64,000 nt of DNA from Setoptus koraiensis (lineage: Eukaryota > Animalia > Arthropoda): positions 682,001 to 746,000 of the forward strand of contig CM106585.1 of NCBI GenBank assembly GCA_048013815.1, read 5' to 3'. Positions 49,802 through 64,000 of this stretch are shown piece by piece (position 1 is the stretch's first letter; every line of letters begins with the position of its first letter). The notes under the pieces were generated by a model. It searched no databases. It was not told the DNA's origin and saw nothing but the letters and a program-made list of their open reading frames with translations. A program made the position numbers and the translations under genes.

Positions 49802-52800
49802 CTAAAAACCAACGGGAGAGAGAGAGAGAGAGAGAGCGGTTAGTCAGTGATGGTGAGACACAAATTGTAGACATCAATTTGAGTGCATTCCTTCGAAAAG
49901 ATTCTGGCCAATCCCGTGCTTCCACTCTATTTTTAGATTTTGTTCCAGAATTCGGCCCGGGCCTCATGACTCTCACAATATGTTATCTGAACACAGCCAG
50001 GCTGACAGTCTGGCTTTCGTTTGGAAAAATAACACCTTTTGCTTTTGTGACCCCGTCGAGCTGATTTGGCCAGACATTTTAGACCTCATTTGAGATGGGT
50101 CATTTGAGCGGTCGACTTTGTTGCGTCATGATTAGGAGCGTGGCATGTACAGAGAACGGCTTAAATTTACCAATTCAGCGCTTGATAAATTTCGCTCGTT
50201 AAACTCTCTCGGGTTTGCATACACTAATGGCATAGGCTAAAAACTGCTGCTCGTCATCTATTATCCAATATTATCCAATCGTATATTCAGACTGTGTGTT
50301 GGTGGAGACATCCCAAATAGGTCAATTTAGTTCCAAGCGATTAGGCTCATTGGGGTCGCTAGTATCTCTATCAATAAAATAAAACAGCTAAAAGTAACCG
50401 AAATCATCTGATGAGCCGTCAAAGAGCAATGAATGATGGCATTTAGTTAATTCGGACCCTCAGTATAGCAGGTTTCATCAACTTTGTATGTGCTATGTTC
50501 GTGTATATTTATTTTATGTATGCCAAGTCATGATATCCAAGAGAGTTATTTTGTTTTTGTTTTATACTAGTACAAAAATGTACGTTTATGGTTATTTCAT
50601 CGAACGTAAGGGGCCCACGAAAGAGCAGCGCTCTATTTTGTGCATTGTCGTTAGCGAAAAACTCTCATTCTTTACCCTCTGTTATTATCAATTTATTGGA
50701 TATTCATCGATCGATATCCCATTCAAGAGCTGTCACCATTTACGGCAAACGTTTCCCTCACAAAAAGTCACTGAGTGTGAGTGCAGAATAATTCCGAGAA
50801 AGAGAGTTTGGCCTCTATTTGCCGACTATAAGTGTCCTCTTTTTATTATTTCGTCCATTTTACTGTCCACTAAACTCTTTTATGCACCACTTGAATGGTG
50901 GCTAAGTGCACCAGCTCAATGGTCATTCGGCTCGAACGAAATGGCAGAATAATGATGTGCCTAACTTTGGAGTTTGTTTAGTCGCCTGAGTGGCCTCGAT
51001 AGTGACCGGCATATTATAGCTGGCTAATCAAATATCAGCCAGTGCCTGAATGATATTTTTGTTTCGCGATATTTTTTGCGACATAAATGATCGTAACATT
51101 CGAGTGAAATTGGCTGGCGTCGCAAGAAATGTTTCACGATCAGATTTGGCAACACGAATACTTGCATAGTTTTCACTTACTGCAAGGCAAAACAAACTAT
51201 GCAAGTTTGATCGTTACAACGGATGAATCGTCATAAATTGCGCCCACAATCGCTGACGCACATTGCAATCAAAGAATATTATCATCATCATCATGACCGC
51301 CCTAACGGCCATTAAATTGTAATTTGCAAACGGTAATGGGTGCCGAATCGCCAGAGCGTGCAACATACAAAATTGCCTGTAGTGGGCCACTCTGAAGGGG
51401 TCACTATGTCATTAGCGAAGGGACAACCTTGAGAGAAAGTCCCGCAAAATACATTTCGGGCCACTTAAAATTTGCATATCTACACACTTGCACATCTGCA
51501 TAGTTGCACATTTCTGTACATTTGCATATTTACCGTTGATGCCACTTTTATTGGTTCGTTCGGTATTCGTTGACTGTTTTGCTTCTACCTGGCTACAGTG
51601 GCGAGGCTCTAATAGAGCATTCGACGAACAGTCTACGAACAAAAAGAAGAAAATTAATATTTATATATAATAATGATGTTGTATCTGGTTGAGGCACAAT
51701 CACATGTTGATGGTTGTGTTACGCCGAGAGGCAAACTTGTGGACAGAGAGCACGATAATCGTTACTATTGATTACGCAACAATGTGATTGCTTAATTGTG
51801 ACTAACCCAAGTCAGGCCAACGCCCTTCAATACGTTGCGAGAATGGGGCTGCATTCCGAGAAATTGCTATGTGACCATTAGTGGCCAAAGACAATTGTTA
51901 GCATCAAGTCGATTGTGCCTAGCAGTGTAAATAAGTGACCTATAAACAGCGCACTGGCCAAGATCATTAGTTTGGACTGTGCATTGTTGTTTATGGTGCT
52001 GATGATGATGTCGATGTAAATCTGAATGGTTGCTCGGCTTGAAACTAGACGATTAAGATATCGCCCCGTGTGTGTGCTTATAACTATATTATGCGTGGCT
52101 AGAGAGGTGAAGAGAAATCGTTTAGGTTTCACGCAGCATTTATTAAGTAGTATTAACAACAACAAATAAACTCGTCTTATATCTCCTCCATTATGCATGG
52201 TTAACCTAGATATGCGATCATCATTGGCTGCACATTTGACGCCATTTTCATCCATTAGTTGTCACAGGCACACAGACACACATAACTAGCTTGCCATGTT
52301 TATTCAACTGTTTTCTCTGCTCACTCACAGTTCATCATTGAACAACAACAACAACAATTGTCTAGTTTTGAATTTGGAAACGTTTTCCAACTCTCTCGTT
52401 CCACTGCGCAAACACAATTGTCTAGCTAACTCAAAACTGAAAAATCCACAAACGACCCAGAGCAACTTAAAAACAACTTGAAAATAACGCTTCAGATTGG
52501 TGCCCGAGCTGCACAGTCGTTGCTGTCAAGCCATCACTAATATCATAATATGATGGCATAATATGATTTGATTTTTGTTTGCTCGCTCTGTATAGCGACT
52601 TGTGATGCGTATATTAGTAACAATGCGCCAGTCAACAAGGACTGGCCAATTGCTACTAGCAGTAGTTGGCGTCAATCTTTTCATTTCAGTATCTCTCTTG
52701 AAAGTGATACATAAACATTGCAGCTTATCTATGTTAGATTGCTATTTACATATTCGGCATCAACATAAGCGTGAATTTGTTAATGCATAAGTGACACGAT

Positions 52801-55667
52801 CAGTTAGATAGGATAACAGCAATGACCAGACAGCAACATGAGTGACAAGTGGCCAAAAAATGAACAATGACCTGCATTTGTACTGTTTATGTGCACCGAG
52901 CAGCTACTGTGATGTAATCGTTCTAATGGTTCAATTGGGGACACTGGTGATCGATTCAAAAGTTTTAGCTGCAATTCTTCCATAGTTTGTTTTTGGTCTA
53001 CATTTAAAGACTGGTTCCACTACCATTTTTGTTGTTTCTTGTAGTTTTTCGGTATGAAACAGGGCACTTCGATGCTGACTGGAACAACGACAAATATTCT
53101 CTGTTGAAAAATATAGCAGATCTTACGATAGAAGAAGGGCAGCAGTAGAAACCTGGTATTTCTGGTACTCACACTAGATATAAACAGTGAAATGCCCATG
53201 ACAATCAATAGCTATTCATAGATCACCTCAGTTCAGTAGAAATGGAGCGTAATGACGCTCTGCTTTTCTAACTAAATTCACCAACTATGTAAACTAATGT
53301 AACTTGAATATGTACAAATATAATCTAGCTTATGTATTAAGCATTTAGTTGCTAATACACTTCCGGTTTCATTCAATCCACTGCCGGTATGCCAGCGACA
53401 AGTGAAGTAGAAGAACCCCAACAACTACCTGCAGGTCGGGCAACATAAGCTGCCTCTATTATCCGTCCTCTTTTTTTTTCTCTATTTGGCTGTCTAGCAC
53501 CCTTCCTTGATGTAGGGCCGACGAATAAATACATGCAGATAGTCGAATAATCCAATTGCCTCATTCTCATTCGATTGTTGACTAGGCCTGACGCTCGGCT
53601 TCCAAATGAGGCAAACAGTCAGCACAAGAAAAGAATTGAACAAAGACAAAGAATGTTAAAGTCAATCTTTCAAAGTCAATTCGATGTTTGCGCCAGTCAC
53701 ATTCGATTAGAAATAATAATAATCCATCTTAATGCATCAGCACTCTCGCCTCGCCCCACTTGGCGCCCCATTCGATTGATCTAATCTTCCTAGCAACACT
53801 TATACCTGCTTATGCGATTTAATTTGATCAGACTCTGGCCCATTCCTATCTAGTCCGGCAATTCAGCGATGAATAACCATATTCCATATTAAATGACGTC
53901 GCTTTGACTTGAGCAAATGATAATGTACGAAGAATTTTATTCCATCAGCACTCACATTGATAATCAAGAACGGCACGATTCGAAGGCCTAACTGGAAACC
54001 GATTAGACTGTTTCCAGTTGTGACATTTGACATTTAGGGTCGCCCTGGCAATCCACAAATTATAACCCAACATAGATATTCATGAATAGAAGGCGATATT
54101 CACTTATAAATACGACATTATAGCATCACGGGTTGGATATTTGCATTATAAATATTCGAACGATGGGGGGTCTCAGGGCAGCAGTGAGCCCTCGGTTCTC
54201 CGAAGATTTTGTGAGATTTGTCTCAATCTGTCATGTTGTCTGGTCACTCACCAAACAACTAGCCATCTTTTCAATATAACTTCTTATTCTGTCCCGTCTA
54301 ACTGGACACCTCAGAGCGAAGACTTGAAATATGGTTATAAATTGTTCATCTGCCAGCAAACAACAAACGGCGTATTGTTGTTTGCCTAAATCATTTGTTC
54401 TGGCCAGTTCTGGCTAGCAAGTTCTGTTCTATTCATTTCGACACTCGACACACAGGTACTCAAGGCAACAACTTTAGCAAATTAACTCTATTGTGTCAGC
54501 CACTCTGAAAGGTTGCAACTGCCTAGAGCGGCGCCCGACTTGGCCCCAACAGATCATCCCATCTCACCTACAATCAGCGTTGAACAAAGCGCCAGAATCA
54601 CCCTAGGGCATGGAGAAGCCCAAAATTCAGCCAGATTTAGTACCTATTTATAACGTCGTCACACAAGCGCAATAGGTGAGGTGCATGGAAACAATTTCCT
54701 CGTTTCTCTTACTTGGCTTCTTTTGCACGTCTATTTGGCAGCGAGATTAACCGGATGGCATGGGCACGCCAGACCTAGTTTGCTCGAATGAAATCAAAGT
54801 AGAGCCCACGTTAGTGGTTTGCGAAAGCTGCTACCACAACAACGTGATCAATCTTGGGCGAAGCCATACGAGCGAGCATGTACTGACATATAAGAGCTAA
54901 CAAGAGAAGATTTTTGCCATTGCGACTAGGCTCGTCATTGTCACCTTGACTGACACATCAGCACCACCAGCATGTTGTGGTGAGCGTAGATGAAAGAATA
55001 AATTTCAAGCCAACTATTCAATTTGCAGTGGTGTCAGGTGAGCAAACTTTCGTCAGTTGACAGTTCGAGCTTTAATGAAACGCCCAGACAATGGATCGTT
55101 TCAAAACAAATTCACAACTGGCTCGAACAAGTGTAATGTAGAAGCCAAAGATATGTTGTTACCCGTTTTATTGCCCCGCTGTCCTGCGCGCTGTTTGGTT
55201 CAGATGAATCGAGTCGAAAAAAAAATCAATTCAAAATGAATCGAGCGACAAATAATTCAACTCGAAATTATTCGAGTGACAAAATTAAATTTTTAGCAGG
55301 AACAGGCCAGGAATGAATAATAAATCATATTTCACCTTAAGAACATTTGACGGCCACGGACTGCATCAGTTCAAGTGCGGGCCACAAATCCAAATCTTGG
55401 CGTTTTCTTTGTCGCCTAGTTAAAATTGAGTGTCAATGCTCTCTAAGGTCATTTTTTAGCCTTTATCTTTGCCATTGCAAGTAAACTCGATTCAATTAAC
55501 CAATTCGAATTGAGAGTCTTAAGACACCGAACAGCTAAGCGTCGTCACAATGGGGTTTGGGTTTCAATCATCTCAAGTGTTCGATCATTTCGATTGACCA
55601 GGCCCCATTCGATCGATGAATTTTATGAAAAAAATCTACTCAATAAAATAAAATAACTACTACTCAC

Positions 55668-55836
55668 TTTGTATACCATCTCCTTTGCTCCTTGATGGTG
55701 TTCCTTGTTTATTTTAAACGATATATAATTCGGTATACAAAATATGGGCACAGCGGCGCCGACAAACTTTACCGCTCGGTAGGCCAGAGCAACGGTTTCC
55801 CTCTTCCCTTTTATTTGGGGATTCCCCGGGTTGCCA
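55668..55836 (-). CDS. MsR: MsR-like GPCR, ICL2/TM4 exon
   Basis: GAACAG|(C)GNPGNPQIKGKRETVALAYRAVKFVGAAVPIFCIPNYISFKINKEHHQGAKEMVYK|GTGAGT. Phase 2 in, phase 0 out. Confidence 0.75.
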
Positions 55837-58800
55837 CTGTTCGTGTTGGGCGGACATTTTTCGGATGTTTTATTGAGGTTGAGAGGGTCATCAGGATGGG
55901 CGTTTTTCGGGCCCGGGTGATCAATGATTTGGCGAAGTGCGGCGATTTTAGTTGTGAGTTTTTAGTGTGAGGTTGCAACAGAAGCATGGGCCAGGAAAGT
56001 TGAGCCGAATAATACAGAGATATTTGTGTTGATATTAGGTTGGCAAGGCAACGGGGGGGCGAAGAGGAAAAATTGAATTAGTTGAGTGCACTGGGTGAAT
56101 TCATTAATCTTTGGAAATTTTTATTATTATCAAAGACACAGTTAGAAAGCAGCAAAGTGAGCAGTTCACTGTTACTTGGTCATGATGATGATGGTCGGGC
56201 CTCGAATTTATGCTAATCTCAATTTGGTGATATATTGTTGCTCACACAATATATCAGCAAGCACGCACACACATACATAGTGATTGTTGCACCGTGTCGA
56301 AAATTGGAATAATAATCAATCGTCGGTCATCGCTGGCCAACAAAAAGCATCTCCAGACATGCTGCTAGTGAGCCCATGTGGCGCCCGACGACAAAACTGA
56401 CCCCCGCTGGAATGATAAGAGGACCAGTACATTTTCATTGTGTTCACGTACAATTATGTATTACATAACATCTTAGATTATTAAACTACCACCACTAACA
56501 CAATATGAAGTGCGATGCTTGCTACTGTAGATGGAGGCGGTGGTGGTGACAACTAATTTTTTCACTCGCTGTCTTGGATACAAAATTAATCGCCATTCGC
56601 TGGTATGTCGTTCATCTTTAGTTAGTCAATAGTGGATATACGCTAACTTTTGTCCTACAATAAAGCTTGTATGACAAAAACAGCGCAGCAACCCCGACAA
56701 CAACAACAACAACAACCACCACTACCACCACCACCTAAACAACCGTAACTTGATCACTGCATCGCCTGCCGCAAGCGCTCATTAATGATGCTGCTGGCAA
56801 GCTAGCTGGGCACAGACCTTGCACTGACAAGTGAGAAAGTAAGCGGCATGTAAACATAGCAAGCAGACAGCGAAAAAATTGATGTTTGTTTCTGACTGTT
56901 TGCCCAGCGTTATTCACAGTGAGAACAAGGATTAATTAAATCGACCAGCGATTGCTTATTAACTTGCAAAAAGTGTCCTCATCATATACTGCTCATACTT
57001 GATCTCGTGCTAGATTACAATAATTTACAACTGTCCCACAACCAGGAAAAAAGGCGCCAAATGGCCAAGTAGGCTAGACAAACAATTTGCATTTCGTTCA
57101 TACATTGTAGTGTAGTCAATTTATAACAACCATGCGGCAACCACGGTATAGGTAAAGTTAAATCAGCTCTACGTCGGGCGAGCTTGTTTTATAGGCAAGC
57201 TGAGGGACTTAATCAGGTGTTTAGCTGATTATTAGTTTGCTTTTCAGGACGCCCACACACCCTCACTCACTGTCTCGATTAAGGTGAGCTGTCTAAGTAA
57301 TGGCGCCCAGCAATGCCAACAATCAGGTAACACGGAACAACTTCCGGACCGAGGAGATATTCACTGTGTGAATATTTAGTTTTGTGTGTTATGGTGTTGC
57401 ATTGATTCAAACAAATTGAATGTGTGAATTCCTAGAATTCGCGCAAGAGTCAACAAACCTGCATTGAGAATTCAAAGCTACAAATACTCATTAAATACCC
57501 ACTCATTAAATTTATCAAGACGCAAAATCGATTAATCAAAAATAAAAATTATAACTTGGTTTTGAATCTTGCGAAAATTTCCAAGTGTTGAAGTGCCCTA
57601 TATTTCGAATTTGAGACAGATGTATTTTATTACATATTCAAGCCCCAATAGAATACACTCCATATACATACTAAAATACATTTGCAATAAATCCGAAATA
57701 AAAGACTCTACGGGATCTGGACTCTTCAATATAACACACGTGTTTTAGACTCAAACTGTACTCAAACGCGCGCAGAATTTTAGTTCTTCCATGTTGGATA
57801 AAATGGCTATAAGACGCTAGAAGATGGGCGAACCGGACAGAAAATGCCTCACCGTTGTTTTAACTGTACTGGATTCGGCTTCGGTTAAGTTTCGGTTAGC
57901 TCCGAAAGTCAGCGGTCATTTTATGGCTATTTTTATTGAGTTCAGAATAACCACGATTCTAAGATAATCGGTGCTTGCCAGATATTTTGTTGTAGTTGAT
58001 GAGGAGTTAGCTGAACGGGCCATTTTATAGAATGTGTCTCAAATAGAAAGGCCTCATAACAAAGCAGCTAGATTGTAATCTAGTCACTTCTGAATAATTT
58101 CTCCCATGAGATGTCACATCATCTGATCAACTTGCTGACTGAGAGTTGATTATTATCTAACCGTAACAGTGATAAGCGGCGAATTTTTCGAATCCAGTTC
58201 GGTTTCTGTTTTCAGTGAGAAAAAAAAATATTTGGTTCAGTTAGCCGAACTAGAGTGGCAACCAAACCCCCATTGGGAATGCACGCATGGATATGGTAGA
58301 GGGCACTAGTGCAAGGTGTTTGTCGAAATTCGTTTCGCAGTGAATCCATCAACAATCTTATCACTAGGAACAACGAAATTGGCGGTTTAGAATTGAGAAA
58401 TTCGGTTTTTAAATGAACAAAACCCACGGTTTCTCGGCTTTTTCGGTTCCAATAAAATCATTTATTCTGACATGATTTGTTCATCATTTTTGAAGGGAAA
58501 TGAATATCCAATTGCAAGTTGCAACAGTCGAAAAAAGGGAGCTACCGATCATAGCGGGCAGAGAGGCGCCGGGTGAAGCAGTTTGAACAACAACACAATC
58601 AAACATTGTGTGCTGATCACTTCAACGGATCGTCTGCCATAGCAACAACAGCAGCACACTTACCAACGATACAATTTGAAGCGAATTTCGGTTTTTAAGC
58701 ATAAAACATTTGGAAATCGGCGTTTTCGGTGTGAACAAATACGCCTGAAACGACGTATCTACATGTAGTTGTACTATGTTTTCGGGACTGTATCTCTATT

Positions 58801-61573
58801 GGTTGTGGATCGGTTTTGATCCAATTTTGTTGCCCCTACTCATCACTCTGTATGTTGATCTCAGTGTGTGATTTTCGGCCGCTAAATTGCTCAACTTGTC
58901 AGCGGCGATCGCGCAATCGATGGGCTCGAGTTTATTTGAGAAGCAAATGGGTTGCACTCACGCCATCTATTTATTCAGTCTGTATCGTGCTTGAAAAGTG
59001 TAGAACACTATAGAGTTATTTTCCATTGATTGCTAATGACCAAGCGCCACTGTTTGGCTTTGTTTCTTCGGCAACTTTCGACTGTCTGGCGAGAACGAGT
59101 CAGTCGAACACATAACAGTTGCAGCATCAAATAATACAGCGAATGAATGGTTCGAAATGGTTATGCGCTAGAAACTTTTTCCGCCACTCTCTTTCTTGTG
59201 TCTCTGTTAGGTGCCTCTAGAGGATAACTGGCCGACTGTAAGACAGAGCGAGACAGCTACTAAACTAGCTCAAATAAACTTGAGCTGGCTCGTAACGAGA
59301 CATAATGCTTGTATGTGTGTTCTCTATCATCACACTTTATACACTTGTGAAGAGACTGCCAATATCACATTACACGCCCGACCAATTGGACCAATGTAAA
59401 CACTTAATCTCATTTCTTTTTCACTCCAGCAAACTGTTACCTTTATCTGGGCGCGATATGTGTGTATACCGAGTGAGACAAGTGGAGCAGCAAACAGTAA
59501 CTAACAGTCTAGACTCGCATCGATCCCTTCAGCAGCTTGGCCCCAAGTGAGGTACTTTTGGTAGCTAGCTTTTGGTGAGTCAGGCGAGTTTGGCCTTATT
59601 GGATCTGGCATATTTAGCGAGATGCACCGACTCGAGCAGCACCAGGTGATCAGCTGGATAGCTTCGGCACAGGTGGCAGTGATGTGAGTGAGTCTAGTCG
59701 AATTGAGTTGAGCGAGCCAAGTGAATAAGCAAATGGGCACACACAAATCCACATCATCATTATTTATAACCGTGTTCGTTTGGATGACTCACTGGCAATA
59801 ATGATCCCTCAACCCGATCACGCTATTAACGCAGCATGCCCAAAGAATCTCCCTCTCACTGACTTTTCGCTACAATTTTTGGCGAGCCTATTTTGTTTAG
59901 TCGCTGGTTTGTGCACCAGGAGAATGGCTCAAGTTAATCAATGCTGATTTCTAGAAGCCACGGTGAGGTGACACTACTATTACTGCCATTGCTACTGCTA
60001 TTACTACTACTGCTATTATTGCCACTGATAGTCTGACATATCGTTCACGAGCATTCGCTGGTGCCAGCCAACCGGATCCAGCTTAACCAGCCATGGCCGG
60101 CAAGCCAGCCAGCGGGAATGCAAGTGAAACGAACCAGATCGGCCCTTTGCTGGTCGACGTCATCTTTGTTGTTGTTGCTGTTGCTCGAACGTACGTTGCG
60201 TAACGTGCTACAACATGGCATGGCTAACCACACCACCAATATGTTTATAATGTACCAATATTAAAATCTAATGTCTGAGCTTTTGTGTGTCTAATGTTGT
60301 CGAAACACAGTTACCCGTTTCGCCGTGAGAGGGAGAGGGACAGGGAGAGAGGGCGAAAAAACGAGAGAAACGGTTGAACGAGCACGCCAGACATGACACG
60401 CAATTATAAATATAATTATGTCAGCAGCATTGCCAAACGTTGTCTAACATATTCGCGATGTGTCTCCTCGTGTGCGCAACTGTTAAACATGTTGAACACC
60501 ACCACCAACAACAACAGCAGCAGCAGCAACAACAACAACAACAACAACATGTCAAGAAGAAAAAATATGCAAAATAGTTGAATGGGTAGAGAGAGAGAGA
60601 GAGAGAGAAACTATTGCAAACACAAAATAGAGTGTGCAATGTACCGGTGATGCTGATGTGTAATCTTGATGTGTGAACAGCTCGTCATCTCTGCTGTTGC
60701 GTCACAATTTGCAACTAACAGTTATAGTAACATCAGTAGCTAATCTGCTTGAAAATGTACGCTACAACAACGAAATCCGACGGTGTCTGATGTGACCCTC
60801 AGGCGCCCTTACATATTCAATGGCACCTCTATCAACTAACCAGCTAGCTAGCCAGCCAACCAGCCAGCCAGCCAGCCAGCCAGCACCAGGCACCAGCTAG
60901 CCAGGCAGACATTATGATGATGAGACTTTATGATTGATGATGGATTATTGATGATACTGACTGAGTGTGTGTGTTTTTTGTTGGATATTATGTGCTCGTC
61001 ACAAATCACTAGTAGTCAGTTTTGTTGTAGTTATTTGCCATTTGTTATGCCACTATTTAATATGAATTGCACATGGCTGGCATATGGACATAGTTACAGG
61101 GGAACGAACCAACAACGAAACAAACTGAGAATAATGGCCCCTCACTAATGGCATAACCAGCTGCAAATTATTATATAACCCCACGTGCACACAATACTAA
61201 CCAGTTATCAGTTTTCAAGCTAAATCTAGACATTAGGTAGGTTAGCTACTAAGTGCAAGCAGCTACAACATGACACGTGTTTGCATGTTGACAACCTGGG
61301 ACATTCTCTCATGTTTACAAACTGTTTATCCCAGTGACACAAATCTAATTCACCTGCAAGCATCAGGTATGGTGAGGCCTCAAACCCAACTAACACCTTA
61401 ATATACAAATGATCTCTATGCAAACACACAACACAATAATCCATGTTCACTGTAACATTAACTAAGCCGATGCTGATATTACATAATTCAACAAATTTTC
61501 ATGCAAACAAGTTATACATGCATGTATGTTGTTGGCTTAAATTGAAGCCAATCAATGAAACACAGCTACTTAC

Positions 61574-61819
61574 CAGACGATGTAATACCTCCAGGCGGCC
61601 AGAGTACAAGTTAGCCAAATGGAAAGCGAATGAAAGGTCACTGTCAAATGGGCATGTCCCAACACAACCAATGACCACCAAAACGTATAGAAACCTTGAG
61701 GGTCTTTGTTGGGGTCTACCCAATAGTGTAATAGGTAGGGTATGTAAGACGCCATCACTATGAGATCTGCGCTTGCTATAAAGGTCAGTATGACATTTAT
61801 ACTGCTAACCATGTTTGGC
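61574..61819 (-). CDS. MsR: MsR-like GPCR, TM2-TM3 exon (TM1 exon upstream, not found in the window)
   Basis: TTTACACAG|PNMVSSINVILTFIASADLIVMASYIPY...HAHLTVTFHSLSIWLTCTLAAWRYYIV|GTAAGT. HxxSIWLTxxLAxWRY is characteristic of myosuppressin receptors. Confidence 0.85.
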
Positions 61820-64000
61820 CTGTGTAAATATTATTATTATGTTTAATACATGTTAGGGGGTTGAATGTTAGCGGTCCGATTGCGTTGATTGAATCGCCAA
61901 GTGATCCGATTGGGTTGTACATTGCATTGATTTGACAAAGATCATTGATGTGAGGTGATACAGTTCGAAGAAAAAAATCGTTAGTTAATTAGTCAGTTGA
62001 TTGTTTTGTTACACATAATGGTTTCCAAGAGCAAATGTGTTAAAGATGGCCATGAATAACCATCTTCTTTCGTATTTAAATTCGGTCAACAAATGTCCCA
62101 TCTAACAGTCATATTTTCACCGGTCTTTCAGGCTGACTGCAGAAAATTCTTTTCAAATTTGTTGTCGCTTTCGATAATAGATTGTCTAATAATTTCGGTT
62201 CAAAAAACAAGGGGAAAGATCGAATATATTTTGGAAATAAATTCTAAATATTCGCAGACCAACCTAGTCAACTTGTAGCAACAGGGAATGTATAAGCTGT
62301 TTGATTGGTGAATTTAAATGCATACTCAGAATGAATTTGGTAGCAAAGTAAACGAGTGAAAACTTTTTCACTGAGAGAAAAGTAAATTCAGGCGCTTTGA
62401 AAAAGTCACAACGGCAACTATCACAATTATAGAAAATACATCTAGAAAAAAGGCTCACTGTAAATAGAGTACAGTTCTTTATGATTGAATCAAGTATTTG
62501 ATACACGATGATGGTTAAAAAAGTTCTGGATTTTATTGATATGGACCATTTTTGATTAAAACCATGATTAAATTAGATATTTTTTTGTCAAAATGATTTG
62601 TTTTATTATTTCTTTGCTTTATCAAAATGACTTTCACTATTAATTTCTGTATTAAATTGTTCTTATTAGCAATAAAAACCATTATAGACCAACAATGATT
62701 TGAACTATAGTCTAAACCATGTTGATTAGTCCGAGTGACTATGTCTGGTTGGGTCTGACTGGGCGTCATCATCATACTCAAATTTCTACTGGGATCGTAT
62801 GTCGTAATTTTGCATGTATTATGATATAAAATGATTTAAATCATGATCTGATTCCGATTTGGTTGAAATCAGACGACATTAAAACCATTTCGTCCATTTC
62901 GTTCAATTTATAATTAAACCATGCATTAAAGCCACGATTCAAACCAACAAAAAAAAACCGAAAAAACTGATTCAGTCATTTTGTCCATATGAAAGCCAAT
63001 GATTTGAACTTTTTGGAATAAACCACAATAAAATGCACGATGATGGAAAAATGAAGAAACCCACTCTAGGCAACGTCGAGATAATAGGTCGAGTAGGAAA
63101 TCGTAGCTTATCATTACTATGGTCATTTAGTCACGCACTTCTTGGCTGGTGTTTGTTGGTTGGTGTCCACTTTACATGTAATTTAATGCCGTCCGTTCAA
63201 CAGATACAAATGTTCTAACATGTGATTATTTGGTCTAACTATTGTGAGGTCAAAAGATGTGAGTTGAAAGTTACCGACACCACAATTGATTTTATTCCTA
63301 ACGGCTTGCTGACTCTTTGTGCTAGCCTTCATACATTCGAACTACAATGAATGAAGGGACTCTTTGACCTCTTTTATGTGACCAGTTAGCCAGATTTAGG
63401 TGTTAGAAGTGGATTAGTGTGCACTTATAGTAACGACATTACATTTTGGACGCACAACAACTTTTGACCAGTGAAATTGTACGTAACTATGGACTGTGTA
63501 TTCGTGTCACGTTTTCTTGTCATGTCATTCGCACTGGTTGAATCGCCTGGACCGAGTAAATTTATCTGTTTTTCAAGCTGATTCGTCATCTAAGTCGAAT
63601 TAACTAGCTAGTAGCAAGAGTATCTTGCCAATGAACTAGCCGCAAAAGTTTCGCTTTGTTTTGCTTCGTTTGCGCGTTCTCTTTGTATTTCGGATTCATT
63701 TACTTGTCGGTGGTTGGTTCGGCAACATATGGGAGAACTCAGCGCCACACATAACCAATGAATAACTTAGTTGCTGAACTGTTAGTATCAGAAAACCATT
63801 TATTTAGGTTGATCCTCTCCTTCTTTCTGTCTAGACTGCTGCGCGAGCACTTAAGCTGACTCAGAAATCCAAAAACGGAAACAAGTGAGACGCCTCGTAT
63901 GTATCCACTAGTATACAAGTTTCTCTCGCCTAGTCTAACTCAAACTGAGTGACTGTAAATCAACTCTCGCTTTAAGTCATTTGTCTGAATCTGTCTAGAT

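Noticed and set aside
50488-50952. 154-aa + strand ORF in a GPCR intron (also 6519-6948, 7714-8295, 53020-53208, 59501-59752)
   Set aside because: No recognisable motif or coherent splice structure, so these cannot be supported as genes.
55038-55059. GTGAGCAAA, matching the 5' end of miR-87
   Set aside because: The 3' half diverges and there is no complementary arm upstream.
57844-57888. MPHRCFNCTGFG, resembling a gag zinc knuckle
   Set aside because: No H/C completion, flanked by stops, and no retroelement ORF nearby.
61820-64000. Search for the GPCR TM1 exon
   Set aside because: No HGY...C..G...N..N-type segment with a phase-2 donor was found. It is probably beyond the window.
1-64000. 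tRNA, rRNA, CRISPR array, intact transposon
   Set aside because: None recognised. The tandem repeats have no spacers, and no RT, integrase or transposase ORF was seen.

Overview
Eukaryotic, arthropod-type genomic DNA with GT-AG introns and abundant (CA)n, (CAA)n and (CAT)n microsatellites. A mite, possibly an eriophyoid, is my inference from the intron-poor, Q/N-rich genes. I saw no prokaryotic features, rRNA, tRNA or CRISPR array. Six protein genes were reconstructed by hand from both strands. (1) A FoxD-class forkhead gene (minus, ATG 1931, running off the left edge, absent from the ORF track). (2) Intronless TRAPPC2L (+). (3) A split ends/SPEN (SHARP/MINT) orthologue (minus) of about 3518 aa. 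It is built from a first exon at 43833-44677 and a 9.7-kb SPOC-bearing exon at 10063-19774, joined across a phase-matched 24-kb intron. (4) MIOX and (5) a ZP-N-only single-pass membrane protein, both nested antisense inside that intron. (6) A myosuppressin-receptor-like GPCR (minus, TM2-TM7 over four exons, TM1 exon not found) with a ~430-aa third intracellular loop, followed by a decayed partial tandem duplicate of its last exon. The most unusual observations are: a SPEN whose RRM1 is split by a ~135-aa low-complexity insert and whose RRM2-4 cannot be found; the nested-gene architecture; the giant GPCR loop with its TM6-7-deleted duplicate; and a triplet of Ovo/Svb-like sites beside the ZP gene. 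All homology calls come from remembered family motifs, not database searches.
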